From NCBI RefSeq assembly GCF_054482525.1, contig NZ_CM137006.1: DNA of 64,000 nucleotides; one strand, 5' to 3'. Below the pieces are notes generated by a model. It was not told the origin of the DNA, searched no databases, and worked only from the letters and a program-made list of their open reading frames with translations. Positions 31,885-42,178 of the stretch are shown piece after piece; position 1 is the first letter of the stretch; every line of letters starts with the position of its first letter. The translations under genes and the position numbers were made by a program.

Positions 31885-32664
31885 TTATCTCAGTAAATTC
31901 TTCCGATGCCACTCCAGATAACAATACGATTCAACAGAAAACGCCTTTATTTTCTCCGGCAACAAACATTGCTCTTTAACGCTAATATCCAGCGCCTTAC
32001 TAATTAATAAATGCCCATCGTTCTCAAACGAAATCCATCCCTGATCGAATAGAATATCAATATGCGCAGCCAATATAATTCCATTAAAAGGATCAAGCCG
32101 TTCATTCCCATTCTCGCAGGCAGCCCACGGCTTTATATGGCTGGTACGCAGTAAAGGTGCAAACGTCGTTCCCGTAACAGGACATGCCGGATACAACATA
32201 AGACAATTTTTCCGAAAGGTACCTTGCCCCAGCCGTGCCGCAATCAGCTGCTCGCGTACGGTATCTTCAATACTTTTATCCTGCTGAATAGCAAGACAGT
32301 CACGTTGTGCCTGTTCATCTCCAGCAGAAGATATTAACGAAAGAACGCGCTGCTCAATCGCACTGTCTGAAAGCACACTCATTCGCTGATACACACGCTG
32401 CGCTGAATGAGAAAGCGCAGCAGGAGCGCCCTGCTCGTCAAGCCAGCCGACACGCACATCACTAAGCCAGGAATCAAAACGGTCACGACTATTTTTCAGA
32501 CTATTGTGAAACTCGCTGGCAGTTTTGCCCGCTCCAAATCGAGGATAAAACAAGGCAAAAGCCTCTTTCCATTTCTGAACACCCAGTCCTGCGGGTGGTT
32601 GAGATTTTCCGTACTTCGACAAATACCACGCCACTTCAAGCAAATCGTCTTCAGAGCTATTCAA
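31885..32664 (-). CDS. HNH-motif endonuclease-like protein (259 aa)
   Basis: C-terminal CPVTG...SHIKPW...NG..L...H..FD.GWISF pattern characteristic of HNH nucleases. Confidence 0.5.
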   Translation of the reverse strand: MNSSEDDLLEVAWYLSKYGKSQPPAGLGVQKWKEAFALFYPRFGAGKTASEFHNSLKNSRDRFDSWLSDVRVGWLDEQGAPAALSHSAQRVYQRMSVLSDSAIEQRVLSLISSAGDEQAQRDCLAIQQDKSIEDTVREQLIAARLGQGTFRKNCLMLYPACPVTGTTFAPLLRTSHIKPWAACENGNERLDPFNGIILAAHIDILFDQGWISFENDGHLLISKALDISVKEQCLLPEKIKAFSVESYCYLEWHRKNLLR

Positions 32665-32967
32665 TATTACGTCCTGTTTTTGCAGAGTAAATTATCACCA
32701 GATTATATCTGAAAAGATCGTTTACTAAACTGATCTGCTTACCTGCAAAACGGTACTGCAAACGCTAATACTCAGAACCATTAAGAGGAACAAGCAGGTG
32801 CATTCCGCTGCCATCGGTCAGTTTGTATTGCTTATCCCCTGCCTCTAGGTACAAGCATTTTCGAAACGGAAATACCATTATCTGTTGGTAGATGTACGTT
32901 GAAGTTGGTTCACCTGGAGAGAGTTAATATAGCGGGAAAGGTAGGTAAATACTGGATTTCAGGTATA

Positions 32968-32990
32968 AAAAAAGACCTCAGTTGAGGTCT
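32968..32990 (-). terminator. Rho-independent terminator of leuX (GACCTCAACTGAGGTC hairpin followed by a T-run on the minus strand)
   Basis: Hairpin plus A-run on the plus strand immediately 3' of the tRNA. Confidence 0.7.
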
Positions 32991-33003
32991 ATTTACATAC
33001 TTT

Positions 33004-33088
33004 TGGTGCCGAAGGCCGGACTCGAACCGGCACGTATTTCTACGGTTGATTTTGAATCAACTGCGTCTACCGATTTCGCCACTTCGGC
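33004..33088 (-). tRNA. leuX: tRNA-Leu (anticodon CAA), leuX
   Basis: Reverse complement reads GCCGAAGTGGCGAAATCGGTAGACGCAGTTGATTCAAAATCAACCGTAGAAATACGTGCCGGTTCGAGTCCGGCCTTCGGCACCA, 85 nt with CAA anticodon loop and CCA end. Confidence 0.95.
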
Positions 33089-33283
33089 ACTGAAGAGGTA
33101 TGCGGAAAACGTTGTGGATTATACCTGTCGCACGCCACCATGCAAGCGCCAGCTTGCTCCCACTTCGCTAAGTGCTGAAATTTTCAGCATTGCATACAGC
33201 GATGTGTAACCTTTGTCACACTCCAGGCACCCCGCCCTGCCATGCTCTACACTTCCCAGACAACACCAGAGAAGGACCAAAAA

Positions 33284-34303
33284 ATGTCGATGATAAAAAG
33301 CTATGCCGCAAAAGAAGCTGGCGGCGAACTGGAACTTTATGAGTACGATCCCGGTGAACTGAAGCCACAAGATGTTGAAGTGCAAGTGGATTACTGCGGG
33401 ATCTGCCATTCCGATCTGTCGATGATCGACAACGAATGGGGATTTTCACAATATCCGCTGGTTGCCGGGCATGAGGTGATTGGGCGCGTGGTGGCACTAG
33501 GGAGCGCCGCGCAGGATAAAGGTTTGCAGGTCGGTCAGCGTGTCGGGATTGGCTGGACGGCGCGTAGCTGTGGTCACTGCGATGCCTGTATTAGCGGTAA
33601 TCAGATCAACTGCGAGCAAGGCGCGGTGCCAACAATTATGAATCGCGGCGGCTTTGCCGAGAAGTTGCGTGCGGACTGGCAATGGGTGATTCCGCTGCCA
33701 GAAAATATTGATATCGAGTCTGCCGGACCGCTGTTGTGCGGCGGTATCACGGTCTTTAAGCCACTGTTGATGCACCATATCACTGCCACCAGCCGCGTCG
33801 GCGTGATTGGTATTGGCGGGCTGGGGCATATCGCTATAAAACTTCTGCACGCAATGGGATGCGAGGTGACAGCCTTTAGTTCAAATCCGGCGAAAGAGCA
33901 GGAAGTACTGGCGATGGATGCCGATAAAGTGGTGAATAGCCGCGATCCGCAGGCACTGAAAACTCTGGCGGGGCAGTTTGATCTCATTATCAATACTGTG
34001 AACGTCAGCCTCGACTGGCAGCCTTATTTTGAGGCGCTGACGTATGGCGGTAATTTCCACACCGTCGGTGCGGTTCTCACGCCGTTGCCGGTTCCGGCCT
34101 TTACGCTGATTGCGGGCGATCGCAGTGTCTCTGGCTCTGCTACCGGTACACCTTATGAGTTGCGTAAGCTGATGCGCTTTGCCGCCCGCAGCAAGGTTGC
34201 GCCGACTACCGAACTGTTCCCGATGTCGAAAATTAACGACGCCATCCAGCATGTGCGCGACGGTAAGGCGCGTTACCGCGTGGTGTTGAAAGCCGATTTT
34301 TGA
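33284..34303 (+). CDS. ahr: NADPH-dependent aldehyde reductase Ahr (YjgB), zinc-type alcohol dehydrogenase
   Basis: ORF 33242..34303 trimmed to [14 protein letters not shown]; GHEVIG and GIGGLG motifs; adjacent to leuX as in K-12. Confidence 0.9.
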   Translation: MSMIKSYAAKEAGGELELYEYDPGELKPQDVEVQVDYCGICHSDLSMIDNEWGFSQYPLVAGHEVIGRVVALGSAAQDKGLQVGQRVGIGWTARSCGHCDACISGNQINCEQGAVPTIMNRGGFAEKLRADWQWVIPLPENIDIESAGPLLCGGITVFKPLLMHHITATSRVGVIGIGGLGHIAIKLLHAMGCEVTAFSSNPAKEQEVLAMDADKVVNSRDPQALKTLAGQFDLIINTVNVSLDWQPYFEALTYGGNFHTVGAVLTPLPVPAFTLIAGDRSVSGSATGTPYELRKLMRFAARSKVAPTTELFPMSKINDAIQHVRDGKARYRVVLKADF

Positions 34304-34306
34304 AAA

Positions 34307-34870
34307 TCATTCGCAGCGCTGATCTGAGGCGCTGCCCTCTTTCGCACATATTCTGTTTTGTCGTATCGCCAGCACAGCCTGCCGACATTGTTCGGTGACA
34401 TTGGCAATATCATGGTTGATATCAATGCGCACAATATCCTGTTCATCTGCTTGTGGACGCTCCAGCGCCTCAAACTGACTTTTTAGTAACGCTACCGGCA
34501 TAAAATGCCCAGCCCGACGCTGCATTCGCGCGAGAATAGTTTCATAGTCGCCATCTAACCAGAGGAAATGAACATGGGGGCTACCCTTGCGTAAAATATC
34601 ACGATACTGTTTTTTTAATGATGAACAGACAATAAATCCTGTTTCATTCTTTTTATAAAGACTGTATGAAGCATCATTTAAGCGTTCCAGCCAGGGAAGT
34701 CGATCTTCATCAGATAATGGAATACCCTGCGACATTTTATCTATATTTTTGGCTGGATGAAGATCGTCACCATCAATAAATTTAGCAGATAATAACGCGG
34801 CAACCTTGCTACCAATTAATGTTTTACCACTCCCTGAAACGCCCATCAAAATAAAGCTTTCACCCGCCAT
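34307..34870 (-). CDS. idnK: Gluconate kinase (thermosensitive isozyme) IdnK
   Basis: 187 aa; P-loop GVSGSGKT; idn locus synteny. Confidence 0.9.
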   Translation of the reverse strand: MAGESFILMGVSGSGKTLIGSKVAALLSAKFIDGDDLHPAKNIDKMSQGIPLSDEDRLPWLERLNDASYSLYKKNETGFIVCSSLKKQYRDILRKGSPHVHFLWLDGDYETILARMQRRAGHFMPVALLKSQFEALERPQADEQDIVRIDINHDIANVTEQCRQAVLAIRQNRICAKEGSASDQRCE

Positions 34871-35086
34871 TTAAAATCTCCTGAATCATCTTACCTGCTG
34901 CGATACTACGCCTGGTGGCATAATAATTTCACGTTTTTTTATTTCTGCTGATAAGAATTACAAAGCACATCACGTTATGCGTAACATAGTAATGTAACAA
35001 TTTTCTAACGTGATCTTCATCACAAATAATGACAATTAAAACCGCTTAAATGCTTCCGAGGTGTCTACCTGACCAGTGAGGAATTT

Positions 35087-36118
35087 ATGCAAGTGAAAAC
35101 ACAGTCCTGCGTTGTTGCAGGCAAGAAAACTGTTGCCGTTACCGAGCAGACGATAGATTGGAATAATAATGGAACATTAGTACAAATAACCCGAGGTGGA
35201 ATTTGCGGTTCCGATTTACATTATTATCAGGAAGGAAAAGTAGGTAATTTCATGATAAAGGCACCGATGGTGTTAGGTCATGAAGTTATCGGTAAAGTTA
35301 TTCATAGCGACTCATCAAAATTACATGAAGGGCAAACGGTAGCCATTAATCCGTCTAAACCGTGCGGTCACTGCAAATACTGCATTGAACATAACGAGAA
35401 TCAGTGTACAGAGATGCGTTTTTTTGGCAGTGCCATGTATTTCCCTCATGTTGATGGTGGCTTTACCCGTTATAAAATGGTCGAAACGTCGCAATGTGTC
35501 CCTTATCCGGCCAAAGCTGACGAAAAGGTTATGGCTTTTGCCGAACCTTTAGCCGTCGCGATTCATGCCGCACATCAGGCCGGCGAGTTACAGGGCAAGC
35601 GAGTATTTATTTCTGGTGTTGGGCCCATTGGTTGCCTGATTGTCAGTGCTGTGAAAACACTGGGGGCCGCGGAAATTGTCTGTGCCGATGTGAGTCCCCG
35701 TTCCCTTTCGCTGGGCAAAGAGATGGGGGCGGATGTGCTCGTAAACCCACAAAACGACGACATGGATCACTGGAAAGCGGAAAAAGGCTATTTCGATGTC
35801 AGCTTTGAAGTGTCCGGTCATCCTTCATCAGTGAATACCTGTCTGGAGGTCACTCGTGCACGCGGCGTAATGGTGCAGGTAGGTATGGGAGGCGCGATGG
35901 CAGAATTCCCAATGATGACATTGATTGGTAAGGAGATTTCACTCAAAGGCTCTTTCCGTTTTACCAGCGAATTTAATACCGCAGTGTCATGGCTGGCGAA
36001 TGGCGTTATCAATCCACTGCCTTTACTGAGTGCTGAATATCCCTTCACTGACCTGGAAGAGGCGCTACGTTTCGCCGGTGATAAAACCCAGGCAGCAAAA
36101 GTCCAGCTTGTTTTCTAA
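35087..36118 (+). CDS. idnD: L-idonate 5-dehydrogenase IdnD
   Basis: 343-aa zinc-dependent medium-chain dehydrogenase; synteny. Confidence 0.9.
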   Translation: MQVKTQSCVVAGKKTVAVTEQTIDWNNNGTLVQITRGGICGSDLHYYQEGKVGNFMIKAPMVLGHEVIGKVIHSDSSKLHEGQTVAINPSKPCGHCKYCIEHNENQCTEMRFFGSAMYFPHVDGGFTRYKMVETSQCVPYPAKADEKVMAFAEPLAVAIHAAHQAGELQGKRVFISGVGPIGCLIVSAVKTLGAAEIVCADVSPRSLSLGKEMGADVLVNPQNDDMDHWKAEKGYFDVSFEVSGHPSSVNTCLEVTRARGVMVQVGMGGAMAEFPMMTLIGKEISLKGSFRFTSEFNTAVSWLANGVINPLPLLSAEYPFTDLEEALRFAGDKTQAAKVQLVF

Positions 36119-36141
36119 GAGATAAATAAAGGAATAATACA

Positions 36142-36906
36142 ATGAACGATCTATTTTCACTGGCAGGAAAAAATATCTTGATTACCGGTTCAGCACAGGG
36201 CATTGGCTTTTTACTGGCAACCGGCCTGGGTAAATATGGCGCACAAATAATTATTAATGATATTACTGCCGAACGCGCAGAACTTGCTGTAGAAAAACTC
36301 CACCAGGAGGGTATTCAGGCCGTTGCCGCACCTTTTAATGTTACTCATAAACATGAAATTGATGCCGCCGTTGAACATATCGAAAAGAACATCGGCCCCA
36401 TTGATGTGCTGGTGAATAACGCCGGTATCCAGCGCCGTCATCCTTTTACTGAGTTCCCTGAACAAGAGTGGAATGATGTGATCGCAGTAAACCAGACCGC
36501 CGTGTTCCTGGTATCGCAAGCGGTAACTCGTCACATGGTTGAACGCAAGGCAGGTAAAGTTATTAATATTTGCTCGATGCAAAGCGAACTGGGACGTGAC
36601 ACCATCACCCCTTATGCCGCATCGAAAGGGGCGGTAAAAATGCTCACCCGCGGCATGTGCGTCGAGCTGGCGCGCCACAATATTCAGGTCAACGGTATTG
36701 CGCCGGGCTATTTCAAAACAGAAATGACTAAAGCACTGGTTGAGGACGAAGCCTTCACCGCCTGGTTGTGCAAACGGACCCCCGCCGCACGCTGGGGAGA
36801 TCCGCAGGAACTGATTGGTGCTGCGGTGTTCCTTTCTTCAAAAGCCTCTGATTTCGTAAACGGCCACCTGTTGTTTGTTGATGGCGGCATGTTAGTGGCT
36901 GTTTAA
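36142..36906 (+). CDS. idnO: 5-keto-D-gluconate 5-reductase IdnO (short-chain dehydrogenase)
   Basis: 254 aa; TGSAQGIG Rossmann motif; synteny. Confidence 0.9.
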   Translation: MNDLFSLAGKNILITGSAQGIGFLLATGLGKYGAQIIINDITAERAELAVEKLHQEGIQAVAAPFNVTHKHEIDAAVEHIEKNIGPIDVLVNNAGIQRRHPFTEFPEQEWNDVIAVNQTAVFLVSQAVTRHMVERKAGKVINICSMQSELGRDTITPYAASKGAVKMLTRGMCVELARHNIQVNGIAPGYFKTEMTKALVEDEAFTAWLCKRTPAARWGDPQELIGAAVFLSSKASDFVNGHLLFVDGGMLVAV

Positions 36907-36970
36907 CAGCCACCATCCTACGTGCAGCGCGAAAGCGCTGCTTTTCTGGCACTAATAAGAGATAAAGACT

Positions 36971-38290
36971 ATGCCATTAATCATTATTGCGGCAGGCGTC
37001 GCGCTGCTTCTTATCCTGATGATCGGCTTTAAAGTTAACGGCTTTATTGCCCTCGTTCTGGTAGCTGCCGTCGTCGGATTTGCCGAAGGGATGGATGCAC
37101 AGGCCGTCCTGCACTCTATACAAAATGGTATCGGCAGCACGCTCGGCGGGCTGGCAATGATCCTCGGTTTCGGGGCCATGTTAGGCAAGCTGATTTCTGA
37201 TACGGGCGCGGCACAACGTATCGCCACTACGCTGATTGCTACTTTTGGTAAAAAACGCGTGCAATGGGCGCTAGTGATCACCGGTCTGGTTGTGGGCCTC
37301 GCCATGTTTTTTGAAGTGGGTTTTGTCCTGCTGTTGCCGTTGGTATTTACCATCGTAGCATCATCAGGATTACCCCTGTTGTATGTTGGCGTACCAATGG
37401 TAGCAGCGCTCTCTGTAACCCACTGTTTTCTGCCGCCACATCCAGGGCCTACTGCCATCGCGACTATCTTTGAGGCTAATCTCGGAACGACTTTACTGTA
37501 TGGATTTATCATTACCATTCCGACAGTTATTGTCGCAGGACCGCTGTTTTCTAAACTGCTAACTCGCTTTGAGAAAGCACCACCGGAAGGCTTATTTAAT
37601 CCTCATCTGTTTAGCGAAGAGGAGATGCCCTCCTTCTGGAACAGTATTTTCGCTGCCGTGATCCCGGTCATCCTGATGGCTATCGCCGCCGTTTGTGAAA
37701 TTACGTTACCGAAAACTAACACCGTGCGCCTCTTCTTTGAATTTGTCGGTAACCCTGCCGTTGCGCTGTTTATTGCCATTGTTATTGCGATTTTCACACT
37801 GGGCCGACGTAATGGACGCACCATCGAGCAAATCATGGATATCATTGGGGATTCTATAGGCGCTATCGCGATGATTGTGTTTATTATCGCTGGCGGCGGC
37901 GCGTTTAAGCAGGTATTAGTAGATAGCGGTGTCGGGCAGTATATTTCACACTTAATGACCGGAACTACACTTTCGCCGTTATTGATGTGCTGGACTGTTG
38001 CGGCGCTGTTGCGTATCGCTCTGGGCTCTGCCACCGTCGCGGCCATTACCACCGCGGGTGTGGTGTTGCCGATTATCAACGTTACCCATGCCGATCCCGC
38101 TTTAATGGTACTGGCAACCGGTGCGGGCAGCGTGATCGCGTCACACGTAAACGACCCTGGCTTCTGGCTATTTAAAGGGTATTTTAATCTGACGGTTGGT
38201 GAAACGTTGCGTACCTGGACGGTGATGGAAACCCTTATTTCTATTATGGGTTTGCTGGGCGTGTTAGCCATTAACGCCGTATTGCACTGA
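36971..38290 (+). CDS. idnT: GntP-family L-idonate / 5-ketogluconate / gluconate transporter IdnT
   Basis: 439-aa polytopic membrane protein; synteny. Confidence 0.9.
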   Translation: MPLIIIAAGVALLLILMIGFKVNGFIALVLVAAVVGFAEGMDAQAVLHSIQNGIGSTLGGLAMILGFGAMLGKLISDTGAAQRIATTLIATFGKKRVQWALVITGLVVGLAMFFEVGFVLLLPLVFTIVASSGLPLLYVGVPMVAALSVTHCFLPPHPGPTAIATIFEANLGTTLLYGFIITIPTVIVAGPLFSKLLTRFEKAPPEGLFNPHLFSEEEMPSFWNSIFAAVIPVILMAIAAVCEITLPKTNTVRLFFEFVGNPAVALFIAIVIAIFTLGRRNGRTIEQIMDIIGDSIGAIAMIVFIIAGGGAFKQVLVDSGVGQYISHLMTGTTLSPLLMCWTVAALLRIALGSATVAAITTAGVVLPIINVTHADPALMVLATGAGSVIASHVNDPGFWLFKGYFNLTVGETLRTWTVMETLISIMGLLGVLAINAVLH

Positions 38291-38356
38291 AAGAATAAAA
38301 TATTGTGATGTAGTTTCGGGGGAAGATTGAAGATTCCCCCGACGTTGGGAGAAGTT

Positions 38357-39355
38357 ATGCGCAATCACAGAATTTCTTTACAGGATATCGCTACGCTGGC
38401 TGGCGTAACAAAAATGACCGTGAGTCGTTATATCCGCTCGCCGAAAAAGGTGGCAAAGGAAACAGGCGAGCGCATCGCCAAAATTATGGAAGAGATCAAT
38501 TATATCCCTAATCGCGCTCCCGGCATGTTGTTGAATGCACAAAGTTATACCCTCGGTATCTTGATTCCGTCATTTCAAAATCAACTCTTCGCTGACATTC
38601 TCGCGGGAATAGAATCCGTCACCTCTGAGCATAATTATCAGACCCTTATTGCTAATTACAATTACGATCGCGATTCCGAAGAAGAGTCGGTGATTAACCT
38701 GCTCTCTTATAACATTGACGGGATTATACTTTCGGAAAAATATCACACCATCAGGACGGTGAAATTTCTGCGTTCAGCCACCATTCCGGTCGTGGAATTG
38801 ATGGATGTACAGGGAGAACGGCTGGATATGGAGGTCGGTTTTGATAATCGGCAGGCCGCTTTTGACATGGTGTGTACCATGCTGGAGAAGCGAGTCAGGC
38901 ACAAAATTCTGTATCTCGGTTCCAAAGATGACACCCGCGATGAACAGCGTTATCAGGGGTATTGCGATGCGATGATGCTGCATAATCTTTCCCCATTACG
39001 CATGAATCCACGCGCCATCTCATCCATTCATTTAGGAATGCAGTTAATGCGTGATGCCCTTAGCGCAAACCCGGATTTAGACGGTGTATTTTGCACCAAT
39101 GACGATATTGCGATGGGTGCGCTTCTGCTGTGCCGCGAGCGAAACCTCGCCGTGCCAGAACAAATTTCCATTGCGGGTTTTCATGGGCTGGAGATTGGCA
39201 GGCAAATGATCCCAAGCCTCGCCAGCGTAATTACTCCCCGTTTTGATATTGGTCGGATGGCCGCCCAAATGTTGCTGAGCAAAATTAAAAATAACGATCA
39301 CAACCACAACACTGTTGACCTCGGGTATCAGATTTATCACGGCAACACGCTTTAG
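38357..39355 (+). CDS. idnR: LacI-family transcriptional regulator IdnR
   Basis: ORF 38327..39355 trimmed to [26 protein letters not shown] (helix-turn-helix); synteny. Confidence 0.9.
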   Translation: MRNHRISLQDIATLAGVTKMTVSRYIRSPKKVAKETGERIAKIMEEINYIPNRAPGMLLNAQSYTLGILIPSFQNQLFADILAGIESVTSEHNYQTLIANYNYDRDSEEESVINLLSYNIDGIILSEKYHTIRTVKFLRSATIPVVELMDVQGERLDMEVGFDNRQAAFDMVCTMLEKRVRHKILYLGSKDDTRDEQRYQGYCDAMMLHNLSPLRMNPRAISSIHLGMQLMRDALSANPDLDGVFCTNDDIAMGALLLCRERNLAVPEQISIAGFHGLEIGRQMIPSLASVITPRFDIGRMAAQMLLSKIKNNDHNHNTVDLGYQIYHGNTL

Positions 39356-39432
39356 GTTATTTTCTCTTCATTACACGTATTCTCTTTGCCGGACGTTGCC
39401 TATACTCCAGGCAGGAAACTGGAGGATATCTC

Positions 39433-40935
39433 ATGAGCGAACCCCTGTTAATTGCCCGCACGCCAGACACAGAACTGTTTTTACTACCCGCTATGGCTAA
39501 CCGTCATGGGCTGATTACCGGCGCAACGGGGACGGGTAAAACCGTTACGCTGCAAAAACTGGCGGAGTCATTGTCGGAAATCGGCGTTCCGGTGTTTATG
39601 GCCGATGTGAAAGGCGATCTGACCGGCGTCGCGCAGGCAGGAACGGCGTCGGAAAAACTGCTCGCAAGGCTTAAAAATATCGGCGTAAATGACTGGCAAC
39701 CGCATGCTAATCCGGTGGTGGTGTGGGATATCTTTGGCGAGAAAGGCCATCCGGTGCGGGCGACGGTTTCGGATCTGGGGCCGCTGTTGCTGGCGCGACT
39801 GTTGAATCTCAACGATGTGCAATCTGGCGTGCTGAATATTATCTTTCGTATTGCTGATGATCAGGGGCTGTTACTGCTCGACTTTAAAGATTTGCGGGCG
39901 ATTACCCAGTACATCGGCGATAACGCCAAATCCTTCCAGAATCAGTACGGTAATATCAGTAGCGCATCGGTTGGTGCCATCCAGCGCGGGCTGTTGTCGC
40001 TGGAACAGCAAGGCGCAGCACACTTCTTTGGTGAGCCGATGCTGGATATCAAAGACTGGATGCGCACCGATGCCAACGGTAAAGGCGTTATCAATATCCT
40101 CAGCGCCGAGAAACTTTATCAGATGCCGAAACTGTACGCCGCCAGCCTGCTGTGGATGCTTTCAGAGTTGTATGAACAATTGCCTGAAGCGGGCGATCTG
40201 GAGAAACCAAAACTGGTGTTTTTCTTCGACGAAGCACATCTGCTGTTTAACGATGCACCGCAGGTACTGCTGGATAAGATTGAGCAGGTGATAAGGCTTA
40301 TTCGCTCAAAAGGCGTGGGCGTCTGGTTCGTTTCGCAAAACCCGTCAGATATTCCGGATAATGTGCTCGGGCAGCTCGGTAATCGCGTTCAGCACGCTTT
40401 GCGGGCTTTTACGCCAAAAGATCAGAAAGCAGTGAAGGCAGCGGCGCAAACCATGCGGGCCAATCCGGCGTTTGATACCGAAAAGGCAATCCAGGAACTG
40501 GGGACCGGCGAGGCGTTAATCTCGTTTCTCGATGCGAAAGGAAGCCCTTCAGTGGTGGAACGGGCGATGGTGATTGCCCCCTGTTCACGAATGGGGCCGG
40601 TGACGGAAGATGAGCGTAATGGCTTGATTAATCACTCCCCGGTGTATGGCAAGTACGAGGATGACGTGGACCGGGAATCCGCCTATGAGATGTTGCAAAA
40701 AGGCTTTCAGGCCAGTACCGAGCAGCAAAATAATCCTCCCGCGAAAGGGAAAGAGGTGGCGGTGGATGACGGTATTCTTGGTGGATTGAAGGATATTTTG
40801 TTTGGCACTACCGGACCACGCGGCGGGAAGAAAGATGGTGTGGTGCAAACAATGGCGAAAAGCGCCGCTCGCCAGGTGACGAATCAGATTGTACGCGGGA
40901 TGTTGGGGAGTTTGCTGGGGGGGAGAAAAAGATAA
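39433..40935 (+). CDS. yjgR: DUF853-family P-loop ATPase YjgR
   Basis: 500 aa; Walker A GATGTGKT; synteny. Confidence 0.85.
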   Translation: MSEPLLIARTPDTELFLLPAMANRHGLITGATGTGKTVTLQKLAESLSEIGVPVFMADVKGDLTGVAQAGTASEKLLARLKNIGVNDWQPHANPVVVWDIFGEKGHPVRATVSDLGPLLLARLLNLNDVQSGVLNIIFRIADDQGLLLLDFKDLRAITQYIGDNAKSFQNQYGNISSASVGAIQRGLLSLEQQGAAHFFGEPMLDIKDWMRTDANGKGVINILSAEKLYQMPKLYAASLLWMLSELYEQLPEAGDLEKPKLVFFFDEAHLLFNDAPQVLLDKIEQVIRLIRSKGVGVWFVSQNPSDIPDNVLGQLGNRVQHALRAFTPKDQKAVKAAAQTMRANPAFDTEKAIQELGTGEALISFLDAKGSPSVVERAMVIAPCSRMGPVTEDERNGLINHSPVYGKYEDDVDRESAYEMLQKGFQASTEQQNNPPAKGKEVAVDDGILGGLKDILFGTTGPRGGKKDGVVQTMAKSAARQVTNQIVRGMLGSLLGGRKR

Positions 40936-40956
40936 GTCAGGTGCGATTTGTCTTTG

Positions 40957-40993
40957 CCTGATGCGACGCTGGCGCGCTTTATCATGCCTACAC
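40957..40993. repeat. REP (palindromic unit) element downstream of yjgR
   Basis: GCCTGATGCGACGCTGGCGCGCTTTATCATGCCTACA. Confidence 0.55.
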
Positions 40994-41095
40994 TACTGCA
41001 ATATATTGAATTTTCATGATTTTTCAGGCATGAACGAAGCACACTTTGCTAACAATAATAAAGGGAGCTTTCGCTCCCTTTATTCGTTCATCAGG

Positions 41096-42178
41096 TTACG
41101 ATTTTCTCATTAACAGCCACAGGCTGATTAAGAAGAAGCTGGCGCTTGGCAACAGTGCGCCAATGATCGGCGGGATGCCATAAACCAACGTCAGCGGGCC
41201 GAAGATCTGGTCCAGTACGTAGAAAACAAAACCGAAGCTGATACCGGTGACCACACGCACGCCCATCGGTACGCTACGCAGTGGGCCAAAGATGAACGAC
41301 AGCGCCATCAACATCATCACCGCCACGGATAGCGGCTGGAAGATTTTGCTCCACATGTTGAGCTGATAACGTCCGGCATCCTGACCGCTCGACTTCAGAT
41401 ACTTCACATAGTTGTGCAAACCACTGATGGAGAGTGCATCCGGGTCCAGCGCCACCACGCCCAGTTTGTCTGGCGTGAGGTTGGTTTTCCAGGTGCCGCT
41501 CACCGTCTGCGAACCGGTGATCTGTTTCGGATTGGTCAAATCAGATTCATCAACCTGCGACAGACGCCAGACTTTATGTTCCGGGTCAAACTTCGCGGTA
41601 GCGGCATAACGTACGGATTGCAGACGACGATTCTCGTTAAAGGCATAAATACTGATGCCACCTAACTCCTCGTCACCTTTAACCCGCTCAATGTAGACGA
41701 AGTTGTTGCCATCTTTCGCCCATAAGCCTTGCTGGGTAGAGAGCAACGAGCCGCCGTACATCGCCTGCGCACGGTAGTTACGCGCCATCTGTTCGCCCTG
41801 CGGCGCGACCCATTCGCCAATCGCCATCGTCAGCAAGACCAGCGGAATGGCGGTTTTCATCACCGACAGCGCAACCTGCATACGGGTAAAACCAGAAGCC
41901 TGCATCACCACCAGTTCGCTGCGCTGCGCCAGCATCCCAAGACCAAGCAACGCCCCAAGCAGAGCCGCCATCGGGAAGAAGATTTGCACATCTTTCGGCA
42001 CGCTCAGCAAGGTATACATTCCTGCGCCTAACGCGTCGTAACTCCCCTGCCCGGCTTTTTTCAGCTGATCGACAAACTTGATAATGCCCGACAGCGACAC
42101 CAGCATGAACAGCGTCATCATGATGGTGGTGAAAATAGTTTTACCGATATAGCGGTCAAGTACGCCAAAAGGTTGCAT
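41096..42178 (-). CDS. lptG: LPS export ABC transporter permease LptG
   Basis: 360 aa starting MQPFGVLDRYIGK; synteny with lptF. Confidence 0.92.
   Translation of the reverse strand: MQPFGVLDRYIGKTIFTTIMMTLFMLVSLSGIIKFVDQLKKAGQGSYDALGAGMYTLLSVPKDVQIFFPMAALLGALLGLGMLAQRSELVVMQASGFTRMQVALSVMKTAIPLVLLTMAIGEWVAPQGEQMARNYRAQAMYGGSLLSTQQGLWAKDGNNFVYIERVKGDEELGGISIYAFNENRRLQSVRYAATAKFDPEHKVWRLSQVDESDLTNPKQITGSQTVSGTWKTNLTPDKLGVVALDPDALSISGLHNYVKYLKSSGQDAGRYQLNMWSKIFQPLSVAVMMLMALSFIFGPLRSVPMGVRVVTGISFGFVFYVLDQIFGPLTLVYGIPPIIGALLPSASFFLISLWLLMRKS

Noticed and set aside
32665-33003. Integrase or att-site remnant expected next to leuX
   Set aside because: No ORF with integrase motifs and no obvious repeat of the leuX 3' end could be found by eye; absence is reported rather than a feature invented
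34871-35086. Palindrome-like motifs (ATGCGTAACAT / TAATGTAACA) in the idnK-idnD divergent promoter region as IdnR/GntR operators
   Set aside because: Plausible but the palindromes are imperfect and I cannot match them confidently to a consensus without an alignment; left unannotated
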